From contig JAYWIR010000038.1 in NCBI GenBank assembly GCA_036172245.1, positions 434,001 through 498,000 of the forward strand: a stretch of DNA of 64,000 nt, read 5' to 3'. Made by a program: the position numbers and the translations under genes. This document shows, one piece after another, positions 54,301 through 64,000 of the stretch (position 1 is the first letter of the stretch; each line of letters starts with the position of its first letter). The stretch comes from Raillietiella orientalis (taxonomy: Eukaryota). The notes under the pieces are model-generated. The model was not told the DNA's origin. It saw only the letters and a list, made by a program, of their open reading frames with translations, and ran no database searches.

Positions 54301-55790
54301 GGCAAAGGGTGGCTGCGAAGGAACCGGAAACCGCAGCACCTGGATAGGATTCGGATCCCGAAGAGGGAGAGAGCAGGCGGAGGAAGTGAACCCGTGGGAG
54401 CGGCCGAAAAGAGGAGCATCCGAAGAAGTGAACATGAGGCGTCGACAGCGTCACACGGATCACCACTGTCGACGCCTCCATTTCTCCCACCGCCTCGGTC
54501 GCTGCTCCTCCCCTCGCACTGCTGCCGTTTCCAACGCGACTGCCAACGGCGTCTCGGCCTCTTCCGCTGGCGTTGCTTGCGTTCCGGCGGTAGTCGTGTT
54601 CGTGGTGACTTCCACCCATCGCTTCTGCGGCACTTGCAGCCTCTTTGGCTTCTGCCTCAGCAGCGGAACCCGGACGCCTGCTGTGCTCGCGACCGGAAGT
54701 CCCGGAAAGGAGGCGTGAGAAACCCTTTCCCGGCTGTGGAGCCGGTTCCCCCGGAGACGGTGACGATTTCTCGGCTCGGAGGCGGCTCGCCTCGAGAGGG
54801 GCCGATCTCACTTCTCTCTCCTCGCTCTTTGTTGCTACCGCAAGCGACCTCTTTCGTCATCTCCCCCAGCCTCCCTCCTCCTCTTCCGAGGAGGGACTTG
54901 CCATTTCTCAGTCCAAGCAAGGACGGGGAAGGGGTGAGGGGGGTGAGGGAGTGGTGGATCGGCCCGCAAAAACGCCCGACGGCGGTGGAGGAAGGACGAG
55001 ACCCTGAGAAAGCAGAGAGGAGGAGGAGAGCGGTCGCGCCTCGAGCACTCGGGTTTCCTTGCGATCGTCGCTGACGAGCAAACGCGCCCGACACCCGTCA
55101 GGTCCAGGAAAAAAAAGGGGATAAAAGGGAAGCAGGAAACAGGAAAAAAGGAAGTCAGAGAGGGGCTCGGTCTTTCGCAGCCGGCCGAGGGACCCATACG
55201 GTGTGTCCTGTGGTTTGGTCCACAGACGCGCGCCACTGCGTGGGTTCCACCCCTCCCTCCCCCCAACGGAACGCAAGGGACGAAGAGGGAGGGGAAGGAG
55301 AGAGTCAGGCGTGCCCGTCCACTACGCAGTCTCTTGGAGAGGAGGCCAAGGGGGGCGACCTTCGCTCCTCTCGGTCTCCGGAAGGGAGGATTAGCCTAGC
55401 GGAGGCTCCCGGATGCTGACGTGGGGAGCGGATGCTTTCCCTCCGGATGGAGTAGGCAGGGTGGCTTCCTCCATTCGACCCACTTCCTCCCCTGATACTT
55501 CGGCACCGCCCTCAGGGTGAAGAGGGGGGGGAGGAGGGGGATTGAAGTGACGCGTCGGCGCGCGTGAGTCTTGAGGCGTCGCCGTTCCCTCCCTTCCGCG
55601 GGGAGCGAGCGCTCCCGTTGGCCGGGAGCGCGGGGAACGGGGAGGAGCTCCGCGCCGCGCGCGTCTACTCCCGGGAAGCCTAGTCGCGTGTTCCCGGCTC
55701 CCGGCCGAGGCGCGCCTCGCGGGAAGGCGGGAAGAATTTCGCGCGTGCTGTCGCTACCAGCGGAGGTCGCCGCTCCTCCTTGCTTCCTGG

Positions 55791-57079
55791 ATGGACCGTG
55801 AGTTCGGGACGTGCGGGGACCGAGGGAGCGCGTGCTGCCACCGCCGCCGCCGCCGCTGCTGCCGCGGATCCTGCGGGCAGCCCCACGCTGCGGCCCGGCG
55901 TGGACTCTGCGGCCCGGAAGGTCTCCTCGGCTCACTGATGCATCCGCGCGCCGGCGGCGGCGCCACCATCGCCTCGCGCTTGGTACGTCCCGGTCAGCAG
56001 CCGCTCGCGGGAGCGCTGTCGGCGGACGACGACGAGGGCGAGGACGAGGACGAGGACGACGACGACGACGAGATGGAGGAGGAGGAAGAGGAAGAAGAAG
56101 AAGAGGAGGAGGAGGGACAGGACTACGACGAGGAGGACGACCACTCGCCGCCTGCCGCATCCCAGCCACCCGCCTCGGTGCACATGACCACCCGGAAGTG
56201 TCTGCTGTGGGCGTGCAAGGCCTGCAAGAAGGCAGTCGTGGGCGTCGACCGGAGGAAGGCTGCCACCCTGCGCGAGCGCAAGAGGCTGAGAAAGGTTGCC
56301 CCTTCTTGTTCTTTCGGCCCCTCGCCCCGGCTCGGCTCTCTCCCGAGGGCTGGGAGGGAGCGTGAGCGCGCGGAGAGTCAAGCCGTGTCTTACCCGAAGG
56401 TGAACGAGGCCTTCGAGGTGCTGAAGAGGAGGACCTGCAGCAACCCCAGCCGGAGGCTGCCCAAGGTGGAGATCCTGAGGAACGCCATCGACTACATCGA
56501 GAGCCTGGAGGGAGTCCTGCACGGGGACCGCGGGGGCCGGCCGAGGAAGACGCCGCAGCCGCCACAGCTGTCTCAAGAGGCGCTCGCGTCGCAGAGACTG
56601 GTGAGCAGGGCGGGAGGGGAGGGCGCCCCTCCGCTACCTGCCCGCCCGCCTCCGGGGAAGGACGGGAGGGAGTCCGGCACCGACCTACTCCTCTCCCTTC
56701 CTCGCTCCTGCTATTTTCCAGGTGTCGTCGGGAGTGTCCTTCTGCGAGAGGTTAGCCTTCGCCCCCGGGATGGACGATCCCCACGGTAAGCCTCCCCCTT
56801 CTACCCGCGCCCCTGCTTTCCCGGGGGCCACGGCGGTTTCCCTGGGCGACGGGCGGCTCTGCGCGCGCCTGCGCTCGTCCGCCCTCGCGTGAGGGAGCCC
56901 GGTGGGACCGCTCGCGCGCCGCCCCCTCCTCCTTCTCCTCCTCCTCCCCTTCTCCTCTCCTTGCAGACCGCCTGGACAGGATCTCCAGCCTGGAGCGGCT
57001 CTCCCTGATCGTGGAGGGCATCAGTGCGGGTCCGGAGGCCCCCGGGGGCGGCGACGGAGGTGGAAGGCGGCGGCCCTGA
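55791..57079 (+). CDS. MyoD: Myogenic regulatory bHLH transcription factor (MyoD/hlh-1/nautilus type); 5' end uncertain
   Basis: Exons ?55791-56294, 56400-56600, 56722-56785, 56967-57079 with consistent phases. Cys/His region [11 protein letters not shown], basic region [16 protein letters not shown] with the myogenic Ala-Thr code, [40 protein letters not shown], and C-terminal helix [17 protein letters not shown] possible donor at 55798 (GTGAGT) means the true start may lie upstream. Confidence 0.95.
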
Positions 57080-60000
57080 GCGCCCGCCCTGCTCTCCCGA
57101 ATGCAGGTGCAGACAATAAAAAAAAAGGAAAAGCCGGAGCGCAGGGTCTCCGTGCGGGAGAGGAGGGGCCGGCGGAAAGGAGGGAAGGGAGCGAGAGACG
57201 GGAAGCGCGTGCGCAGCTCGTCCCGGCTTCCCCCGGGATTGGGTTGCGCATCATCCCCTTGCCCGCAGCGAGGACGGTCATAAAAAGGGGCGGAGGAGGG
57301 ATGAAAAGAGGGAGACTTCCCCACCCGCCGTGGTCGCGCGGGGACTCGCCTCCTTCCCCTCCCGGGAAGGACCCCGAAGGGCGGCCCTCAGGGTCCTTGC
57401 GATGAGTCCCGGGGTAGGAAGTGGAGAGCCCAGCAGGGGTTCCCTCCTTTCCGTCCCCTTCCCGAAGGCGCACCCCGGCGCTCAAGGGCCTCCCCTCCTC
57501 CGCCCGGACCGGACGGACGCACCGCGGTCCGGAGAACGGCCGTTTCCTGGCGACGCTTTCGGCATCGCCCGAGGGGCAGGGCGTCCCGAGGGAGAGACGA
57601 CGACCACTCCATCTTCTTCCCCCTTTCTCTCCCTGCCCGCAGTTCCGGGTCGCGCAGGAGTCCGGGACCCCTACACGCCTCGGGCGGCAACCCTGATAAC
57701 TGCCACAGAACCGGGTAGGCCTGGAGGCGTCGGGGAGGAGGACGGAACCTCCCGGAATGCGCCCTCTGCTGCAGCTGATCGCTCCGCGGCATGGGCGGGA
57801 AGCGAAGCGCCCCTTCCTGCGATACCGGCCCGGTTCCGGACGGCCCTTCTCTTCCCGGTAGCGAACGGCGCTCCTCCGCGCGCACTCTCTCGTCCCCACC
57901 ACTGGTTGCCTTGGAAAACGAGGTCGGACGAGGACGAGGAAGGGAAGGGTGGGGTGAGGAGGCAGGAGGAGAACTCCTCCCGGCGTCTTCGGGGAATAGT
58001 TCCCATGAGGAGGACACGCAAAGGAGGCGCTCCCGAGAGCAGCGTTGGTAGCGCGGGACACGTGGGAAGAGACGCGCGGGCCGCGCTATTTTTGTCCCCC
58101 CCCCAATTACCGGCGAGAAGGAACGCTCGGAGTTCCTCCTCCCCCTCCTGCAAGATAGGGATGCTTTCGAGAGAGGAGCGTTGAGTCGCGAGGCAACCTC
58201 CGGACCAATCGGCTGAGGGCGCCTGCACTCTCCCTGCCCTGGGAAGGAGGCAGCAGCAGCCGAGCGGCGATCCGTCTCGTCCTGGTGGACGTTTCCAAGG
58301 AGATCCCAAGGCACACCCAGCACGGGCGAAACGACCGAAGCCCCTCGAGGCATAGATGACGAACATCCCCCCCCCCTCATCGGCTTCGCGCGGGGGAGGG
58401 GGAGGAGGCATGGAGCCGGGGCCGGTTGCTTGGAGAACTCGATGCTTGCGTGTTCTCCCCGCCGACCCTCCGACCCCTCCCATTTAGGCGTCTCCGGGTT
58501 TCCAGCGAACGAGCGACCGCCATCCCGTCATCCGCACGGCTCCGTGGCGCATGCGTGCCTGCCGTGTCTCCCGCGCCCACCCTCGCATCACACCTTCCGG
58601 CGGTAACAGTGGAGCTGTGCCGCCTCCACGGGTCAACCAACGGTGTGGGTGTGTGTGTGGGGGGGGGGAGGGGGGTTGCTGCCTAGCGACGTGACCTCAA
58701 CAAACCCGTCCTCTGCGCCGGTCTCTGCAGTGCGTCTTGCCCGCAACCAGCCCTCCCTGCTCTCTGCCTGCGCGCTCCTCTCACGGAGATGACGTCCGCT
58801 CGGCACGCTCGACTTCCCTTAGGGGGAGGAGCGACAACTCTTGCTCGCGGTGGGGGTGGTGATGGGTGCGCGCGCTATCTCCTCCTTCCCCCTCCGCCCG
58901 TTCAGGAAGAACCTCGGGAGACAGCGGACGTGGAAATCGGATCTCCGAAACACCTCAGTCGACGATTATTGATGGCCGACGGAGGGACGCGTTCGCCGTA
59001 GGGAGCAGGGCTCAGCAGGAACGGGGAGTGACGGGATGGGGGGGGGGAAGGAAAGAGGGGAAACCCTTCGGGTGTCTCAGGAAGGTCTCCGCGGCTCGTT
59101 GGGAGTGCAGACAGGCAGACAAATGGGGGGGAGGTCGGCTTGGACTCGCAGATGAAGGCCCGTAAATTTCTTAATGAGGTGCATAAGTTAGGCTCCGCTC
59201 CGGGGACACGTGGGTGGGAGGGCTGAGCTATCCGAGACGAGAGGATTTCAGGGGGCTCCCGCACCCGGAGGAAGGGAAAGGGAAGGAGAAGGGGGAGGGG
59301 GAAGGAGAACTGGAACCGTTCCAGCTCGCGGATGCTGCCCGCCGGGGAGCGCCACGCGACGCGCGTCGGGAGCCGCTCGCAGAGTGTTCCTCGGGGCGCG
59401 TCTCGGGCCCTCCGCCACCGATGGACCCACGAAGTGGGCCAGGATCGACCGCGAGGAAAGTGGGCTGGGGGAGGCGGCCGTTTGGCCGGGCGCGATCTGC
59501 GGCGCCGACGCGGCACTCCAGCGCCGACCGTTCTGCGGCGGCAGCTATCCGAACGATAGATCGATCGCCTCGCTGTTTATTTTCGTCTCGTTGGCTAGGA
59601 ACGGTTGCGAGGGAGTGAGCGCGCTCTCGGAACTCACAAATCACCCCCGTGCTTTTGACAAATCACGCCGTGATGGATGGTGCAGCAAAGTTCCCATCTT
59701 CCACTTCCCCTCCCCCCGCCCCCTTCTTGCACGCACGCGCGCGGTGCTGAGTCAATCCGCTATCCGGAGGATAGGAAACGTCCGGAAGACGGGTGGTATC
59801 CAAGGAGCTCCCACCGCAGCAAAGCGTGGAGCGGAGAGGTTGCCGTGATTGCCGTAGGCTGTCACGGATCGTCGACACGGACGTGCGTGCGCGAAAACGG
59901 AGGGGCGGGCTCATGCAAGAGATGCCGCGTCACTTGGGAACCGGTCGCGGTGGTGCACCGGGGGACCACCGAGGACAGCCGGCAAGTGAAAGTGGTGGTG

Positions 60001-61199
60001 GATCACTCACGCGCCCTCACAAATGGGGCTGCGCCTCCCCCCCCCACCCGGCGCACCGCTTGCGAGGTGCAAGGAAAACGCGTCCGCGTCTTCGCGGCTG
60101 GGTCAACGAGGTGACTCACGCTCGCCCTTCGACCTTTCTCCGCTGCGCTTTTACGCCTGGGTCTCGCGAAAGTCATCCCGAAGATTCCTGCCGACGCCCT
60201 CGGGTCATGGTCTGACCATTCGGTCTGGTCCGGGCGGGGAACGAAGGGGTCATTTTTGAAGTCACGACCCATTCGAGACGCGGTGCCGCCGGGCAAAGAA
60301 AAAAAGAAAAGAATTTCCAGAGAAAGGTCTCATTTCTTGCATCCGCCGATTCGCCGTGGTTTGCAAATCGCTCGCTGTGGAGTTTCCCGTGCGGCCGCGC
60401 CCCCCTCGACCCTGCCTGAACCGTTCGGCGCCTTCCGCTGCTCCCGGATCGTGGGCGCGGGAAGCAGAGCGGAAGTGGTTCCTAAAATAAAAGCAGAGTC
60501 ACGAAGAGTCTCTTCTTCTGCCAGGCAACAATCCCACTCACAGAGCAAGAGGGCGCATGCAACAGTTGTAGGGGGAAGGCGGTGACGTGACAACCAGAGA
60601 GGCCTCGCCTGGAGCCCGTCGCCCCAGCAACCAGTTGTCTCTCGGCCGGATCGGATTTGCCAAATTTTTCGGAATACGCCTTCGCCTTCCTTCTCTCTCC
60701 CCCCCCTCCTTCCACCGTCGTAAGCACAATTAACGAAACGGCTGAAGAATTCCTATGAATTCATTCTATTTATTTACACCGATAATCGTGCTTCCTTGGT
60801 GATGCGTGTTCCGGCGAAAGAAGAAAAGAAAAGCCCAGACGTTTTCGTCTCTTGCGCGCCATTGAGAACCTCAAACCTCGCCGGTCCTGCCATCATCACG
60901 CGGGCTCTCTTACATCCCACTTGCCGGCGACGAAGGATGGGCTCAAAGGAAGAAGAATGCAAGAAAAAGGAAAGAGATTCCTAAAATAAAGCAAAAACGC
61001 ACGAAAAAAAAGAAGCAGCAAAAACAAACCCCTTTCTTTTGTTGCACGGTGGCTACATTTATGGAACAGGAGCCGGGACGAACAGCGGAAGGAGATGGGA
61101 ACGATTCCCTCTTCGCCTTGGTAACGGGCACAAACGTTTCCCAGTAAAGTCGGATTTTCCGAATGGATTCCGGAAGGGGGGGGGGGGAAATGAGCCTCC

Positions 61200-62372
61200 A
61201 GGGAATGGTTTTAAAGGGCCGTCGCAGGTCGAGGAACGGTCTGGAGCATCCCTGCAGGTTTCTGCAGTCGCGGCGGCGGGAACCGAAACATGGCAAGCCG
61301 CTATGGGGCCTCGCCGGTGATCTGCTCAAGGGCACCTCCGCCTCGCATCTGAGGCGCGTGGGGCCCCCACGGAACCTCCAGGCATCCCGTTGCCTGCATC
61401 CCGAACTCTCTTGCCCTTACTCTGGCGCAGTGGCACGAGGAGCGGCCACTGGTCTGAGCAAAGTCCATGCGTGGACGCCGACACAGAATTCGCACGCTGG
61501 AATGCCGACGATCGCGTTCTCGTTTGTTCTTCTAGGAAGCTCGAGGAGGTTACTCTCAATGGTTTACCCTCATCAAGTAATCCACTCACGAATGGATCCA
61601 GGTACCATGTCTGCTGAGGCCATTGGAGCAGGCGGAGAACTGCTTTCCAGCCTGTCAGCACGGAAAAAGGTCGGAGAAGGACTCAGATCCTGAGAGCACT
61701 GAAGGAAGGCAAGGAGCGGGATGAAGTCGTGTCTCGTTGTCAGCGTAGGTGGATGGACAAATGTGCCTGCCCTTTCAAGCAGCAAGTGCTTCAGGCTTCA
61801 GATGTCTTGCACTAAGGTTTCTAAATGAAAGCTTTGAATAATCCCAGAGCATTCAGAGATGCAGAACATTTTCTTCTGCATCCTTCTAGTGCTCCACGCG
61901 TGCAGCCCAGCTGAGAGGATCGTTTTGAAGAAGAGAGGACCCGTCGAGGTTGGGCGATGTGGGGTTGCATCTCACTGGAACCAATACAGGTGCTTCGCGT
62001 GTTCACGAGAGCGCAGCCTCCCACAAAAGCTCAGTGCCGATGTTGTCGAGTGCAAATGCTCAACTCCGGACTCCTCCGATTAGGAGGAGGAGTCCCTTGA
62101 CCTATGTCAAACCAAATGCCTTCGATCAAGAGGTGCCCGTGCACCAAATCGAGATGAGAGCTCTCTTGACGCATCTGCTGAGGATGCAACATGCCGATTT
62201 CTTACCACGCTCCGTCCTTCCAAGGGCGGAGCGTGGTAAGTGGTAAGAAAGTAAGCGAGTGGCATTCTCTCCTGGCCACCGGCCTGCGCCCTCATGGTGA
62301 GCGATACCTGCACAGGCTGGAGGTCACATTGTGCCTCACGGTTGAATCTCCAATCCACCGCGATACAGCATG
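61200..62372 (+). mobile_element. Decayed Tx1/L1-like ORF2 3' part
   Basis: KVSEWHSLLATGLRPHGERYLHRLEVTLCLTVESPIHRDTAC (about 62250-62373) resembles the zf-RVT region seen in the other copies. Confidence 0.45.
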
Positions 62373-62510
62373 CAATCCACGGCAACAATGTGCAACCCAC
62401 GGCAACAACGTGCAACCCACGGCAACAACGTGCAACCCACGGCAACAATGTGCAACCCACGGCAACAATGTGCAACCCACGGCAACAATGTGCAACCCAC
62501 GGCAACAATG
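62371..62510. repeat. 20-bp minisatellite, 7 copies of TGCAACCCACGGCAACAAYG
   Basis: Seven head-to-tail units, at most one substitution each, no spacers. Confidence 0.98.
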
Positions 62511-62959
62511 CGTAGTCCAAAACAATATTCGCAGCCTGGGAGCTGAACTGATACTTAAAGCAAAATGCTGTTGCAAGCGATTCGTAGCACTCGGCCCCAT
62601 GGCTGGTGGGCGCGATGAACGCAAATGGATACCAACATGCTCATTTTGGTGAGGAATCTGCCGCTGCTTCAGTGCCGGAGGGCGGTAGAGGCGTTTGTTT
62701 TCAGCTTTCGCATTTGAACATGCCTTCTACGGGACGTGGAGAGAAGCAGTTGGGCGATTCCAGTCATCGGAGCGGACGGTCCAAACTTTGGGGACGTGGG
62801 AGCGAAACCAACAGGAGAAACTGGAGTTTTTCTCACTGGGGTCACCGCGGGATGAACAAGAAGTTACTGCCATCTTCCCCATGCGACCAGCGTGGGGTGG
62901 CTCATCCAAAGCAAAGAAAACGAGAGCGCCCCACTTTTTCACCCATTTTCTCCGTTTTT

Positions 62960-64000
62960 CTGGAATTTTCTTGCGGCGGACGAGTCTCCACATTTCTGGG
63001 ACCCTTTTATTCGACGATCCAGGGTGAGTTCCTTACTTGGAGCAGTCTCAAAAAGTCACTCTGCAAAAATCCAACGGGAACTCGGGGGTTGGTCCTAGAC
63101 CAGCCAAAATCCAGGAAGACGGGGTGTTTTTGTAAAGTTCCAACCTTCTCGAACGGCTCCGGCGAAAAGATGCTGAAGACAATACTTCCGCAGTTTCAGT
63201 CGGTCTTCAAGGGCACGGAAAGATTCAGGCGGTGGAGATGAACGGTGGTGGCGCTGTATTCGCTAATAGCGTTCCTCTGCTCCTTCTGGTGTTCTTGATG
63301 CTGGCGGCTCGGACCGTCTGAACGGGAAAAATGGTGCGGTAGCTATCCATTTTCCCGGAATCCTCATCCTGCCAGCGCAGAGTGGAGTGGGTGAGTGTCA
63401 CTGCACTGTTCCGGGTGGGACCCTCCTTTAAGGGAACTGGATGCATCTCGGGAGAAAAGGAAGGAAGGGAGAGGGGGAAGCATTCATTTCCACTGTGGAC
63501 TCATCCACGTTCTGCAGTTCCAATATGAAGGGTTTCCGCGCGCTGTCACTCCGCATGAACCAGTGGCGGGACACACCCGCCCACTCCCTGCAGCTCCCGG
63601 CACCGTCTCCGTAACCGCGGATGACGTTGGGGTGATCTCCAGCCGTGCCGTCTCGTGACCTATGGACTCCATCGGGCTGGAAAATCTTCATCTAGGCCCA
63701 GCTTGTCCCGCGCAGCGGCTACCCGCCAAGCGCGTGCGCACCGCCGGTCCACTTTCGATCATCGGTCGTAGACAGGTTCTCTGCCAACACTTTTCGGAGC
63801 TGCCACGGGAGGAAAGGTGGGGGTGGATCTAGAAAACTGTGGGAAAGAACCCATCCGAAACACCCCTCATCCCAGCGTAGAATCGCCACCGCGCAGCCAC
63901 GGTTTGGGGTGACCTTCGACCAGCTCAGCGAGTAGGTGGGCTGTCCGGTCTCCAGAGAAGGCGGGACACTTCCCGGAATCCCCGGTCAGCAAACCAGGTC
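62960..64000 (-). mobile_element. Decayed APE-endonuclease region of an L1/Tx1-like LINE, cut by the window edge
   Basis: SLETG (LQETH-like), NRGCAVAIL (GVAIL-like), MDSYRTIFP (DxWRxxHP-like) and GPEMWRL (GPGYWKLN-like) in APE order. Confidence 0.4.

Noticed and set aside
53272..55074. 600-aa + strand ORF as a gene
   Set aside because: Arg/Pro/Ser-rich with no domain, in GC-rich DNA and partly antisense to a LINE relic; expected by chance.
55791..56789. MyoD as a single 332-aa uninterrupted ORF
   Set aside because: The ORF reads through introns; the canonical bHLH and helix III require splicing.
57021..58483. Overlapping 270-346 aa ORFs downstream of MyoD
   Set aside because: Very high GC removes stops in all frames; no coding signature.
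62371..62510. CRISPR array
   Set aside because: Units are contiguous with no unique spacers, there are no cas genes, and the context is eukaryotic.

Overview
Eukaryotic (animal, invertebrate-type) genomic DNA with short GT-AG introns; a parasitic or basal nematode is plausible but this is inference only. Three spliced genes can be built from the sequence: an ABHD18/C4orf29-type alpha/beta hydrolase (+, 20962-22383, 6 exons, 376 aa), a MyoD/hlh-1/nautilus-type myogenic bHLH factor (+, about 55791-57079, N-terminus uncertain), and an unrecognised 461-aa secreted protein (-, 43916-38363, 4 exons) whose layout recalls prion protein. Much of the rest is decayed non-LTR retrotransposon sequence (Tx1/L1-like and NeSL/Utopia-like). 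Also present: a 280-bp near-perfect inverted repeat, several perfect short hairpins, a tRNA-like SINE head, a 20-bp minisatellite, many poly-G/C runs and sharply bounded CpG-depleted blocks. Most long ORFs in the supplied track are GC-rich artefacts. All family assignments come from motif recognition by eye; no searches were run.
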